In this document: one piece after another, positions 24,859 through 34,865 of the stretch
Layout of the letters: every line of letters starts with the position of its first letter
How positions within the stretch are numbered: the stretch's first letter is position 1
Source of the DNA: Acutalibacteraceae bacterium
GTDB lineage: Bacteria > Bacillota > Clostridia > Oscillospirales > Acutalibacteraceae
DNA length: 64,000 nt
Direction: 5' to 3'
NCBI GenBank assembly: GCA_045638145.1
Contig: JAZUAU010000027.1
Coordinates: forward strand, 70,496-134,495
Notes under the pieces: generated by a model
The model's input: the letters and a program-made list of their open reading frames with translations, nothing else
Told to the model about the DNA's origin: nothing
Database searches by the model: none
Program-made: the position numbers and the translations under genes

Positions 24859-26558
24859 TGGCCCTCGACGGAATTTTTTTGCGGCTGCTCTGCCGTGAAT
24901 CTGAAGCCCTTCGTGAAATGCGAATAGAAAAAATTTACCAGCCGTCACGCGATGAGCTGGTGTTCCTTCTGCGCTCTGTGGGAAGGGCCGAGCGACTTCT
25001 CATCTCGGCAAAATCGGGCTTTTCGAGAATTTCGCTTATAAAGGAAACCCCCGACAACCCTGCCGACCCTCCAACCTTTTGCAAACTTCTTCGAAAATAT
25101 ATCGGCGGCGCGAAAATCATGGATTTTGAGCAGCGCGGACTCGACCGCACGGTATTTATAAAGCTTTCGACCTATAACGAAATGGGCGACCTTGTCCACC
25201 CCTTTATTGCCGTTGAGCTGTTTACGGGTCGCTCAAATATCATTCTTTGCGAGGAATCGGGCAGAATTATCGATGCCATTCACCGCTCTGATATTGAAAG
25301 CGACTCCCGCCTTATTCAGCCGGGCGCAAAATACGAAGAAATACCCCCACAGGACAAGCTCGACCCCTTTGCCACCCCTGCCGAAGCTATGACAGATGCG
25401 GTAATTTCCTGTGGAAAACCCCTCGGCTCGGCATTTTTGTCGGTAATTGCAGGTGTCTCTCCTCTTACCTCACGTGAGCTTGCCGACAAAACGGGTCTTG
25501 ACCCCGATGCGGCGGCAGAAATCTCTGAAAAGCAGAAAATTACCTCGGTGCTGTCCGAGTTTATAAATATAATAAACGGCGACCACTGCCCTACCCTGCT
25601 TCTTATGGACGGGGAAACAAAAGACTTTACCTATATGCCGATAAATCAGTACGGCGATGCTGTGACAAATTCCCCGACAAACTCCTACTATTCCCTTTTA
25701 GAAGACTATTACTCCCTCCGCGACAAGGCGGCGCGACTAAAAGCGGCGGCTGCAGACCTATCAAAGCTGCTTTCCAACATAAAGTCGAGAATCGAGCGCA
25801 GACTTGTTGCCCGAATGACCGAGCTTGAGCAGAGCCGCGACCGGGAACAGCTTCGTATTTTCGGCGAGCTTTTAAAGTCAAACATTTACGCCGTGCCAAA
25901 GGGCGCCGACAGTATTACGGTTCAAAATTACTACGACCCCGAGCAAAAAAGCATCACTATTCCGCTGAATCCCGCCATCTCTCCTGCGGCAAATGCTACA
26001 AGATATTTTAAGGATTATAAAAAGGCTCACACCGCCGAGCAGACCCTCTCTACACTTTGTGATAAGGACCGCGAGGAGCTCCGTTATATTGAGTCGGTAC
26101 AGGATGCACTCTCCCGTGCCGAAAGCCCGAAAGATATATCTGAAATTCGCGAGGAGCTCGCGGTCGTTGGCTATATTTTAAGGCTGAAATCACCGAAAAA
26201 GCTGTCGTCAGTTTCGAAGCCTAAGGAATACACCGACCCCTTTGGCTTTAGAATTGCAGTCGGAAGAAACAACCGCGAAAATGATTTATTAACCCTTAAG
26301 ACGGCAGATAAGGAGGATATCTGGCTTCATACAAAGGATATTCCAGGCTCTCACGTAATAATATTCACAGAGGGCAAAGAGGTGCCCGATGAAACGATTA
26401 TCTTTGCGGCGCGGCTTGCGGCTAAAAACTCAAAGGCGTGGGAAGGCGCCAATGTCCCCGTAGATGTGGCGAGGGTAAAATACGTTAAAAAGCCGTCGGG
26501 TGCGAAGCCAGGTATGGTAATCTACACTCACAATAAGACTTTTTTCGTTACTCCTTGA
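24858..26558 (+). CDS. rqcH: Ribosome quality control factor RqcH (NFACT/FbpA family)
   Basis: NFACT-N ('IEKIYQPSRDELVFLLR'), a coiled coil, and NFACT-R ('DIWLHTKDIPGSHVII'). Confidence 0.85.
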   Translation: MALDGIFLRLLCRESEALREMRIEKIYQPSRDELVFLLRSVGRAERLLISAKSGFSRISLIKETPDNPADPPTFCKLLRKYIGGAKIMDFEQRGLDRTVFIKLSTYNEMGDLVHPFIAVELFTGRSNIILCEESGRIIDAIHRSDIESDSRLIQPGAKYEEIPPQDKLDPFATPAEAMTDAVISCGKPLGSAFLSVIAGVSPLTSRELADKTGLDPDAAAEISEKQKITSVLSEFINIINGDHCPTLLLMDGETKDFTYMPINQYGDAVTNSPTNSYYSLLEDYYSLRDKAARLKAAAADLSKLLSNIKSRIERRLVARMTELEQSRDREQLRIFGELLKSNIYAVPKGADSITVQNYYDPEQKSITIPLNPAISPAANATRYFKDYKKAHTAEQTLSTLCDKDREELRYIESVQDALSRAESPKDISEIREELAVVGYILRLKSPKKLSSVSKPKEYTDPFGFRIAVGRNNRENDLLTLKTADKEDIWLHTKDIPGSHVIIFTEGKEVPDETIIFAARLAAKNSKAWEGANVPVDVARVKYVKKPSGAKPGMVIYTHNKTFFVTP

Positions 26559-26612
26559 TTATCTTGCTGTTTTAAGCTATAATTTAATTACCTTTAGTGG
26601 AGGTATACTCGA

Positions 26613-27299
26613 ATGATTAAAAAGTTTTTCAAAAATCTATCTCAGACACTTTATAAGAACTCGGCAGTTATTATGATAATTGCCACCCTTTGTGTCGTCC
26701 TCTCGGTCGGCTATACTACAATGTATGCAGAGGTTACATATACCGCAAAGGCCGAGGTTATTCTTTACAGCCCCTCTCTTACGGAGACTACACAGTATTC
26801 GATGGTAAAGCCTGACATTCCAACCATTGATAACTCGCTTGAAATCTTTAATTCAAGGAGTATGTATACCTTCCTCACCGATACCGAGCTCAGCGAAAAA
26901 AACTATACTGCAGACGAGCTTGACGAAAAGATAGAGGTTACGAGAAGGGATAAAAAATCACTCATCCTTATCGTAACGGTCACCTGCGACGATGAGGATG
27001 AAGCAACCGAGCTCCTTAAGGCTTATACAACCGCAATGTCTCCCTTCTTCGCCTCCTTTACAATGGACTTTTCGGTCAAGCCTCTTTCGGTCGACGAGGA
27101 TGCCGTGATTAACACGCCGAGTGTTGCCTTAACCGTTGTTATGGCACTTATCGGCGGCGGACTTCTCGGTTCGGTTGCAGTAGTTATACTCGATAAATTC
27201 AACAAGCGCCTCCGCGGTGTATCGGATTACAAAGCAAGATATTCCGTCACTCTCTTGGGCGAAGTCCCTGATTTTTCGGTTAAAAAGGAGGATAAATAA
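26613..27299 (+). CDS. Wzz/CpsC-like polysaccharide co-polymerase / tyrosine-kinase modulator
   Basis: N- and C-terminal TMs flank a periplasm-like domain. The basic C-tail is directly followed by the kinase gene. Confidence 0.65.
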   Translation: MIKKFFKNLSQTLYKNSAVIMIIATLCVVLSVGYTTMYAEVTYTAKAEVILYSPSLTETTQYSMVKPDIPTIDNSLEIFNSRSMYTFLTDTELSEKNYTADELDEKIEVTRRDKKSLILIVTVTCDDEDEATELLKAYTTAMSPFFASFTMDFSVKPLSVDEDAVINTPSVALTVVMALIGGGLLGSVAVVILDKFNKRLRGVSDYKARYSVTLLGEVPDFSVKKEDK

Positions 27300-27300
27300 A

Positions 27301-27912
27301 ATGTCGGCTAATAATTCGGCTTCTATTGTAGAATCCTATATTTCGATTCGCTCCCGTCTTCTTTCCGTTTTCGGTAACGATTCGCGTACAAAAACCGTTA
27401 CAGTTTCCTCTCCCGCTTCAGGCGAGGGCAAAACCACAACCGCAATAAATATGGCAATCGCCTTTTCACAGCTCGGCAAAAGAGTTTTACTTATTGATGG
27501 AGATATGCGCCAGGGTTCACTACTCAAAAGAATGCGCCTTTCATCTATGTTCGGTCTTTCCGACCTGCTCTCTGGTCGTTGCACACTCGACCAGGCAATA
27601 GTTTCGGCAGGCGGCACGCTTGATGTTATTTCATCGGGCAAAACACCCTTTGACCCCGAGAAATTACTCTCCTCCGAAGAGTATGAAAATCTTATCTCGG
27701 GCGTAAAGTTTGCCTATGACTATATCTTTGTGGATTCCCCCGCAATCTGCGAATTTAACGACACTCTCTACATCTCTAAAAATTCCGACGGTGTTGTTTT
27801 AGTGCTTCGCGAGGGCGTTTCAGCATATAAAAAGATAGATACCGCCATGCACTACCTCGGCTCATCCAATATCCCCCTGCTTGGCGCCATACTTAACGCT
27901 ACCAAAAAATAA
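27301..27912 (+). CDS. CpsD/CapB-family BY-kinase-like P-loop ATPase (no C-terminal Tyr cluster)
   Basis: Walker A 'SPASGEGKTTTAINMA', A' 'VLLIDGDMRQ', B 'YIFVDSPA'. The protein ends '...LGAILNATKK' without tyrosines. Confidence 0.75.
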   Translation: MSANNSASIVESYISIRSRLLSVFGNDSRTKTVTVSSPASGEGKTTTAINMAIAFSQLGKRVLLIDGDMRQGSLLKRMRLSSMFGLSDLLSGRCTLDQAIVSAGGTLDVISSGKTPFDPEKLLSSEEYENLISGVKFAYDYIFVDSPAICEFNDTLYISKNSDGVVLVLREGVSAYKKIDTAMHYLGSSNIPLLGAILNATKK

Positions 27913-27928
27913 TAACCTTGGAGGGCTT

Positions 27929-28750
27929 ATGATAAAGAGTCACTCTCTAAATATTCGCGAGAAAAACGGCGTTACCTACCTTACATTCCCGCTTTTTGAT
28001 AAATACGCGGTTCCCCACGCCTTTTCAACCCGCCTTGGCGGTGTTAGTGAGGGGGACACAGCCTCTATGAATTTCAGTTTTACCCTTGACAAATGCGCCG
28101 AAGCGGTCAAGGAAAATTTCAGGCTTTTTTGCGATGCCGTCGGTTTTGACCCCGAAAAGCTGGTTTTATCACAGCAGACCCACACAGCAAATATTCGTAA
28201 AGTGACAACAGCTGATTTTGGCAAGGGAGTATGGCGCGACCGCGATTACTGTGATATTGACGGACTTGTAACCGATACCGACGCCGTCCTCGTTACACAA
28301 TATGCCGATTGTACACCGCTTCTCTTTTACGATACAAAGAATAATATCGCCGCCACCTCTCACGCAGGCTGGCGCGGCACCGTAGCCGAAATCGGCAAGA
28401 AAACAGTAGAAATTATGTGCCACGACTACGGCTCGGACCCCGCTTACATTATCGCCGCAATAGGCCCGTCGGTGGCTCAGTGCTGTTATGAGGTTGATGA
28501 CCCCGTTATTGAAGAAATAAATCGGCTCGGCTATCTTGATTTTTCGCTTTGCTATAAGGCAAAGGAAAACGGAAAATATATGCTTGACCTTCGCGAGGTC
28601 AACCGTGAAATTTTGATAAAGTCAGGCATTCTCCCAGAAAATATCGACGTGAGTGACCTTTGCACCTGCTGTAATGCCGAATTTTTGCATTCTCACCGAA
28701 AAACGGGAGGAAAAAGAGGCACTCTCGGCGCATTTATATCAAAAAAATAG
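27929..28750 (+). CDS. pgeF: YfiH/PgeF (DUF152, laccase-domain) peptidoglycan editing factor family
   Basis: 'VPHAFSTRLGGVS', 'LSQQTHTANI', 'YADCTPLLFYD', 'HAGWRGT', 'CTCC..EFLHSHR'. Confidence 0.85.
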   Translation: MIKSHSLNIREKNGVTYLTFPLFDKYAVPHAFSTRLGGVSEGDTASMNFSFTLDKCAEAVKENFRLFCDAVGFDPEKLVLSQQTHTANIRKVTTADFGKGVWRDRDYCDIDGLVTDTDAVLVTQYADCTPLLFYDTKNNIAATSHAGWRGTVAEIGKKTVEIMCHDYGSDPAYIIAAIGPSVAQCCYEVDDPVIEEINRLGYLDFSLCYKAKENGKYMLDLREVNREILIKSGILPENIDVSDLCTCCNAEFLHSHRKTGGKRGTLGAFISKK

Positions 28751-28761
28751 CTTTTTTGCTC

Positions 28762-28790
28762 TTTACAACTTTAATAAATTAAAGTATAAT
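28762..28790 (+). promoter_or_regulatory. Sigma-A promoter of the yerC-like/metY/metA unit
   Basis: TTTACA, 17-nt spacer, TATAAT. Confidence 0.55.
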
Positions 28791-28827
28791 ATAGGTAAAT
28801 ATATTTTAATTTAAAAGGAATGATATT

Positions 28828-29103
28828 ATGGCATCCAAAATCAGCGATGATATGCTTCAGGATATGTATGAGCTTTTTGCCTCGATATCCGACCCCGAGG
28901 ATTTTAAGCTTCTTCTTGACGACCTTTGCACCTTTAAGGAGCTTGAGCAGATGGCAGGCAGAATCGCCGCCGCAAAGCTCTTCATGGCAGGCAAGACCTA
29001 TACTCAGGTAATCGAAGCTACCAATATCAGCTCTGCCACACTCAGCCGTGTTTCCCGCTGTGTTCAATATGGAGCGGGCTATAAAAAATTACTTAACAAA
29101 TAA
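28828..29103 (+). CDS. YerC/YecD-family TrpR-like DNA-binding protein
   Basis: 'FKLLLDDLCTFKELEQMAGRIAAAKLFMAGKTYTQVIEATNISSATLSRVSRCVQYG'. Confidence 0.8.
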   Translation: MASKISDDMLQDMYELFASISDPEDFKLLLDDLCTFKELEQMAGRIAAAKLFMAGKTYTQVIEATNISSATLSRVSRCVQYGAGYKKLLNK

Positions 29104-29114
29104 GGAGACCAAAA

Positions 29115-30386
29115 ATGAGAATCGAAACCAAGTGTATTCACGAGGGCTGGAAGCCGAAGCAGGGCGAGCCCCGTCAGCTTCCTGTTTACCAAAGCACGAC
29201 ATTTAAATATGATACAAGTGACTATATGGGCAAGCTTTTCGACCTTGAAGCAGAGGGCTATTTCTACACCCGTCTTCAGAATCCCACGAATGATGCCGTT
29301 GCCGCTAAAATTGCCGCTCTCGAGGGCGGTGTTGCTGCTATGCTTACCTCCTCGGGTCAGGCGGCTAATTTCTATGCAATCTTCAATATCTGCGAAACCG
29401 GTGACCACTTCATTGCTTCCTCTTCTATCTACGGCGGCACCTACAATCTTTTCGGTGTTACAATGAAGAAGATGGGAATTGAGTGCACCTTTGTTGACCA
29501 GACCCTCCCCGAAGAAGAGCTTCAAAAATACTTTAAGCCCAATACCAAGGCTGTTTTCGGTGAGACCGTTACCAACCCTACCTGCACAGTTTTCGACTTT
29601 GAAAAGTTCGCAAGACTTGCTCATAAAAACGGTGTTCCGCTAATCGTTGACAACACCTTTGCAACCCCTGTAAACTGTCGACCCTTCGAGTGGGGCGCAG
29701 ATATCGTTACCCATTCCACAACCAAGTATATGGATGGTCAGGGCGTAGGCGTTGGAGGTTGTATCGTTGACAGCGGCAATTTTGACTGGCTGGCTCACGC
29801 CGAAAAGTTCCCCGGTCTTACCACCCCCGACGAATCCTACCATGGCCTTGCCTATGCAAAGGCTTTCGGAAAGGGTGCATATATTACCAAGGCTACCGCA
29901 CAGCTTATGCGTGACTTTGGCTCTATCCAGTCCCCCCAGAATGCTTTTTATCTGAATCTCGGTCTTGAGACCCTACCCGTCAGAATGGAAAGGCACTGCA
30001 AAAACGCTTACAAGGTAGCTTCTTTCCTGAGAGGCCACGAAAAGGTTGCTTGGGTTCACTATGCAGACCTTGAGGGCGATGAGTATAACGAACTCGCAAA
30101 AAAATATATGCCGAATGGTACATGCGGTGTTCTTGCATTCGCGGTTAAGGGCGGCAGAGATAAGTGCATCCACTTTATGGATTCGCTCAAGTTCTGCAAC
30201 ATCGTAACCCACGTTGCAGACGCCAAAACCTGCCTTCTCCACCCCGCAAGCCACACACACCGTCAGCTCTCCGACGAGCAGCTTTTAGAGGCCGGGGTAG
30301 CACCTGACCTTATCCGTCTTTCTGTCGGAATCGAAAATGCAGACGATATTATCGAGGACCTTGCCGCTGCATTAGAGCTTATCTAA
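29115..30386 (+). CDS. metY: O-acetylhomoserine aminocarboxypropyltransferase (sulfhydrylase)
   Basis: Cys/Met-metabolism PLP enzyme with 'VTHSTTKYMDGQG' (PLP Lys) and 'LIRLSVGIE'. Confidence 0.85.
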   Translation: MRIETKCIHEGWKPKQGEPRQLPVYQSTTFKYDTSDYMGKLFDLEAEGYFYTRLQNPTNDAVAAKIAALEGGVAAMLTSSGQAANFYAIFNICETGDHFIASSSIYGGTYNLFGVTMKKMGIECTFVDQTLPEEELQKYFKPNTKAVFGETVTNPTCTVFDFEKFARLAHKNGVPLIVDNTFATPVNCRPFEWGADIVTHSTTKYMDGQGVGVGGCIVDSGNFDWLAHAEKFPGLTTPDESYHGLAYAKAFGKGAYITKATAQLMRDFGSIQSPQNAFYLNLGLETLPVRMERHCKNAYKVASFLRGHEKVAWVHYADLEGDEYNELAKKYMPNGTCGVLAFAVKGGRDKCIHFMDSLKFCNIVTHVADAKTCLLHPASHTHRQLSDEQLLEAGVAPDLIRLSVGIENADDIIEDLAAALELI

Positions 30387-30432
30387 ATAGCGTCGTAGAC
30401 ACATAACATTGTCAACAAGGAGAAACATTACC

Positions 30433-31365
30433 TTGCCTATCAAAATACCGAACGAACTGCCTGCAACAAAGGTTTTAAACGACGAAAATATCTTTGTCAT
30501 TACCGAAACGAGAGCCTTAACGCAGGATATCCGTCCACTTCAGCTGCTTATTCTAAACCTGATGCCGACCAAAATCGTTACCGAAACACAGCTCGCCCGA
30601 CTTCTCGGAAACACTCCGCTTCAGGTCGAAATGGAGCTTCTCAAAACCTCTACCCACCGTTCCAAAAACACAAGCGAAGAGCACATGATTACCTTCTACA
30701 AGACCTTCGATGAAATAAAACATCGCAATTTCGACGGAATGATTATTACGGGTGCTCCTGTTGAGCATATAGAGTTTGAGGAGGTTGAGTATTGGGATGA
30801 GCTTTGCCGCATAATGGAATGGAGCAAGTCCCACGTAACAAGCACTTTCCACATTTGCTGGGGTGCACAGGCAGGACTTTACTACCACTACGGAATAAAT
30901 AAGCATCGGCTTGATAAAAAGCTTTTCGGCGTTTTCAAGCATACGGTTGACCGCAAGAGCTCGATGCTCTTCCGCGGCTTTGACGATACCTTTATGGTGC
31001 CTCACTCCCGCCACACCACCGTTTTGCAGGAGGATATTGAAAAGGTGCCCGAGCTTAAAATTCTTGCAACATCTAAGGAAGCGGGGGTTTATGCCGTTGC
31101 CACCGACCGAGGAAGACAAATCTTCATTACAGGTCACTCAGAATATGATGCAGATACTCTCGAGCTCGAATACCTCCGTGATAAAAACGCAGGCCTTCCT
31201 ATCGAGATGCCCGTAAACTATTACCCTGATAACGATGATACAAAACCGCCCGTTGTTACCTGGAGAAGCTCGGCTAATCTTCAGTATTCAAACTGGCTGA
31301 ACTACTTTGTATATCAGACCACACCCTACGATATTACAACAATTACCGCTGAAAGCCGTGAATAA
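30433..31365 (+). CDS. metA: Homoserine O-acyltransferase MetA
   Basis: '[22 protein letters not shown]...[20 protein letters not shown]' and 'FHICWGAQA'. TTG start 10 nt after AAGGAG is preferred over the listed 30409 start. Confidence 0.85.
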   Translation: MPIKIPNELPATKVLNDENIFVITETRALTQDIRPLQLLILNLMPTKIVTETQLARLLGNTPLQVEMELLKTSTHRSKNTSEEHMITFYKTFDEIKHRNFDGMIITGAPVEHIEFEEVEYWDELCRIMEWSKSHVTSTFHICWGAQAGLYYHYGINKHRLDKKLFGVFKHTVDRKSSMLFRGFDDTFMVPHSRHTTVLQEDIEKVPELKILATSKEAGVYAVATDRGRQIFITGHSEYDADTLELEYLRDKNAGLPIEMPVNYYPDNDDTKPPVVTWRSSANLQYSNWLNYFVYQTTPYDITTITAESRE

Positions 31366-31395
31366 CTCACGGCTTTTGCCGTCATAAGGAGACAC

Positions 31396-32547
31396 ATGGA
31401 ACTTAAGGTCGACCTAAATAAAACCTATGCCATAGCACTTGAGGGCGGCGGAGCCCGAGGTGCTTATCAGATTGGTGCGTGGCGTGCACTTGAAGAAGCG
31501 GGTGTTAAGTATAACGCTGTTTCAGGGGCTTCGGTCGGTGCGCTGAATGGCGCAATGATGGCAATGCGCGACCGCGACCTTGCTGAAAAGCTATGGCTTG
31601 ATATGCGTTTTTCCCGTGTTTTAGATGTAGATGACGATATTATGCAAAAGCTTTTTAAGGGAGATTTCACAGGACTTTCTTTTAGCAAAATAAAATCCGA
31701 CGTGAAGCGGATAGCACTTGACCGAGGGTTTGACGTAACACCCCTTCGCAATATGATTGCCGAGTACGTCGACCCATTGAAGGTTAAAGATTCGGGTGTG
31801 GATTTTTATATCTCTACTTATTCGATTACCGACCGCGAGGGTCTCGACCTTAAAGCCTCCGAGCTTTCTCCCGAAGAGCTTTGCGATATGCTTCTTGCTT
31901 CGGCATATTTCCCCGTTTTCAAGCACGAAAAGCTTGGCGGCAAAAAATACACCGACGGCGGTGCTTTCAATGTTTTCCCCCTCTCACCCCTCATTCAAAA
32001 CGGTTATGAAAATATTATTGCCATTCGCCTTTATGGGCTCGGCTTTGAAAAGCGGGTAAAGATTCCCGAAAGCACGGTTATTCACACTATTGAGCCCCAC
32101 AAAAGCCTTGGAAATATGCTTAACTTCTCGCCCGATTCCTGCCGCGAGAATTTTAAACTCGGTTATTTCGACGCCCTTCGCACACTTTACGGTCTTTACG
32201 GCGAAAAATATTATATCGACCGCACCCTGACCGAGGCCGATGCCTATTATTATCTCGCGCGGATTGTCCGCAGACACTATGCACCGTCCGAGGGCAAGAT
32301 AGCTCTACGACGTCTACACGAAAAGCTGCTGCCTAAGCTTGGCCGCGAGCTCGGAGAAAAGGGCGATTATTACGACCTGCTCGTTGCCCTCTTGGAGACT
32401 GCAGCAGAAAAATATGAAATAGACGAGTTCGAGGTTATTACCGACTGTGAGCTCCTCGAAAAGCTGTATGAAATTTCAAAAAAACGGCGCACAGGCACCG
32501 GAATTATAAGATATTTATCGGGAGGACAATGGTATGAGAAAAAATAA
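31396..32547 (+). CDS. Patatin-like phospholipase
   Basis: 'LEGGGARGAYQIGAWRAL' and 'GASVGALNG' (GxSxG), plus the later 'DGG' motif. Confidence 0.8.
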   Translation: MELKVDLNKTYAIALEGGGARGAYQIGAWRALEEAGVKYNAVSGASVGALNGAMMAMRDRDLAEKLWLDMRFSRVLDVDDDIMQKLFKGDFTGLSFSKIKSDVKRIALDRGFDVTPLRNMIAEYVDPLKVKDSGVDFYISTYSITDREGLDLKASELSPEELCDMLLASAYFPVFKHEKLGGKKYTDGGAFNVFPLSPLIQNGYENIIAIRLYGLGFEKRVKIPESTVIHTIEPHKSLGNMLNFSPDSCRENFKLGYFDALRTLYGLYGEKYYIDRTLTEADAYYYLARIVRRHYAPSEGKIALRRLHEKLLPKLGRELGEKGDYYDLLVALLETAAEKYEIDEFEVITDCELLEKLYEISKKRRTGTGIIRYLSGGQWYEKK

Positions 32548-32728
32548 AGAGCCCGCCGCAGTCTGTGAGCTATGTGTAAACTATGTTTTCGACCAAGAGG
32601 ATGAGTGCTATTCCTGCCTTGTAAATCTTGACGAGGACGAATACATTAACTTTATGTCCCATACAGAATTCCGTTGTCCTTATTTCCGTCTTGACGACGA
32701 ATATGCGGTTGTCCGCAAGCAAAACTGA
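32534..32728 (+). CDS. Small Cys-rich protein (CxxC ... CxxC ... C), unknown function
   Basis: Strong GGAGGA RBS. Contains 'CELC', 'CYSC' and 'RCPY'. Confidence 0.55.
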   Translation: MRKNKEPAAVCELCVNYVFDQEDECYSCLVNLDEDEYINFMSHTEFRCPYFRLDDEYAVVRKQN

Positions 32729-32736
32729 GGTGCTTT

Positions 32737-34104
32737 ATGTATAACAAACTAAAAGACCTTGTCGATGGGGTTTACCCCTTCCATATGCCGGGGCATAAGC
32801 GCAACCCCGAATTTTTAAAGGATTGCCCCGATATAACAGAGGTTTCGGGCGCAGATGACCTTCACCATCCCGAGGGGCTTATCGCCACTGCAGAAACCAA
32901 CGCGGCACGTTTTTTCGGCGTTAGAAGAACACTATTCTCTACCGCAGGTTCAACCCCCTTAATTCTCGCCGCCATTAGCGCAGCAACAAAGCTAGGCGAC
33001 AAAATTTTAATAGCCCGCAACTGCCACCGCTCGGTATATAATGCCGCACTGATTAACTCGCTCGAGGCTGATTTCGTAATCCCCGACCGTGTAAAAGAGC
33101 TTGATACCGATGGCGCGGTGTCCCCGGATGCGGTTAGAAAGTCCCTCTCTCAGTCCCCTGCCGCCGCACTCGTTATTACAAGCCCGACATACGACGGATT
33201 TGTCAGCAACATCGATGAAATTTCAAGAATTTGCCATGAATCAGGTGCTCTACTGATAGTAGATGCCGCACACGGCGCACATCTTGGGCTTTCAAAATAC
33301 TTTTTATCCTCGGCAAGAAGCCTCGGCGCAGACCTTGTTATCGAATCGGCGCACAAGACCCTCCCCTGCCTTACAGGTGCCGCATTTTTACATATCTGCA
33401 CAGATAAAGTCGACCCCGTTCGTCTGCAAAACTTCTTCTCGGTTTACCATACAAGCAGTCCGTCCTATCCCATAATTGCCTCCATAGAGTCGACAATTTC
33501 TCTACTAAAATACCGCGGAGAAACACTTTTCCGACTGCAATCCGATCGACTTGACAACCTCTACCGTGAAACCGAGCACCTCCGCTCTTTTAATGTAGTC
33601 AGACGCGTCGACCTTGATAAATCGAAAATTTTAATATCCTGCAAAAATAGCTCAATCACCGGCTTTGAACTGAAAAAACTACTGCTTCGCGACTATAAAA
33701 TTGAGTGCGAAATGGCAATGCCGAATTATCTGCTCGCCCTGTCGAGCCTTGCAGATACCTCACTCGGATTTGATAAGCTATCCTATGCGCTAACCTGTCT
33801 TGACCGCGAGATTCCGGCAAAAACTAATGTGTCAGAGGCAATATCACCTGCTTTGCCCCTTGTTAAAATGGCGATGCGCGATGCCTTTGAAAGCGACACG
33901 GTAGCCGTACCCTTTGAGTTTTCAGCAGGAGGCATCAGTGCCGATTTCGTTTATGCGTATCCTCCGGGAAGTCCCATAATCGCACCGGGCGAGCTCATAA
34001 CCCCGAAGGCGCTTGCCCTTTGCAAGGAATTCCGTGAATCGGGTGCAGAAATTCACATAACCTCGGGAGATAATTCGCTAATCCGAACAGTACAAGAAGT
34101 ATAA
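32737..34104 (+). CDS. Orn/Lys/Arg decarboxylase-family PLP-dependent enzyme
   Basis: 'PFHMPGHKRN' and 'ESAHKTLP' (PLP Lys). Confidence 0.75.
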   Translation: MYNKLKDLVDGVYPFHMPGHKRNPEFLKDCPDITEVSGADDLHHPEGLIATAETNAARFFGVRRTLFSTAGSTPLILAAISAATKLGDKILIARNCHRSVYNAALINSLEADFVIPDRVKELDTDGAVSPDAVRKSLSQSPAAALVITSPTYDGFVSNIDEISRICHESGALLIVDAAHGAHLGLSKYFLSSARSLGADLVIESAHKTLPCLTGAAFLHICTDKVDPVRLQNFFSVYHTSSPSYPIIASIESTISLLKYRGETLFRLQSDRLDNLYRETEHLRSFNVVRRVDLDKSKILISCKNSSITGFELKKLLLRDYKIECEMAMPNYLLALSSLADTSLGFDKLSYALTCLDREIPAKTNVSEAISPALPLVKMAMRDAFESDTVAVPFEFSAGGISADFVYAYPPGSPIIAPGELITPKALALCKEFRESGAEIHITSGDNSLIRTVQEV

Positions 34105-34132
34105 TTTAATAAAATTTACCGAAAATAACCGT

Positions 34133-34486
34133 ATGAAGAAGAAATCATTTTACTCGGTTATTTTCGGCTTTTTTATTGGTGTTGTAAATGGCTTTCTCGG
34201 TGCAGGGGGCGGTATGCTTGCTATTCCTGCCCTGAAATTTTCGGGAATAGACGAAAAGGATGCCCACCGAAACGCCGTTGCGGTTATTTTGCCGCTGACC
34301 CTCTTTTCGGCAATGCTTTATTTGGTGCGCGGCAGCGTTACTCTGCCCGATGCCTTACCCTACCTACCCGGTGGGCTTATCGGTGCTCTTATCGGCACCT
34401 TTATAATGAAAAAAATATCAAACATCTGGCTTGCTCGAGTTTTCGGCGGTTTTATGATTTTTGCAGGGGTGAGAATGCTCATTTGA
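34133..34486 (+). CDS. Half-size TauE/SafE (TSUP) family membrane protein, part 1
   Basis: 117 aa, 4 TM, with 'GFLGAGGGMLAIPAL'. Confidence 0.7.
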   Translation: MKKKSFYSVIFGFFIGVVNGFLGAGGGMLAIPALKFSGIDEKDAHRNAVAVILPLTLFSAMLYLVRGSVTLPDALPYLPGGLIGALIGTFIMKKISNIWLARVFGGFMIFAGVRMLI

Positions 34487-34842
34487 CGGGATTTATCGCA
34501 GGACTTTTATCGGGAATTATCGGCTCAATGGGACTTGGCGGTGGCACTGTGCTGCTCATATATCTTGCCGCCTTTAAGGGCGTTGAACAACTGCGTGCAC
34601 AAGGAATTAACCTCATTTTCTTTCTGCCCGTGGGACTTCTCTCGGTTATAATTTATTCGGTAAAGCGGCAAATCAAGTGGAAATCGGTCCTTATCTTTGC
34701 CGCTTCCGGACTCCTTGGCGCCGCCCTCGGAACCTTTTTATCGGGTTTTGTCGGCAGCCGCTATACCCGCCTCGCCTTTGGTATTTTGCTCATAGTCCTA
34801 GGTCTAAAATCATTGTTTGCAAAACAAAAAACCTCGGAATAA
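34483..34842 (+). CDS. Half-size TauE/SafE (TSUP) family membrane protein, part 2
   Basis: 119 aa, 4 TM, with 'GSMGLGGGTVLLIYL'. The TTG start overlaps the preceding TGA. Confidence 0.7.
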   Translation: MTGFIAGLLSGIIGSMGLGGGTVLLIYLAAFKGVEQLRAQGINLIFFLPVGLLSVIIYSVKRQIKWKSVLIFAASGLLGAALGTFLSGFVGSRYTRLAFGILLIVLGLKSLFAKQKTSE

Positions 34843-34865
34843 CGGGAGTTTTCCGAGGTTTTAAT

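Noticed and set aside
28751-29114. SAM (S-box) riboswitch or T-box expected upstream of metY/metA
   Set aside because: The spacers are too short (77 nt and 11 nt), and none of the conserved S-box or T-box sequence blocks is visible.
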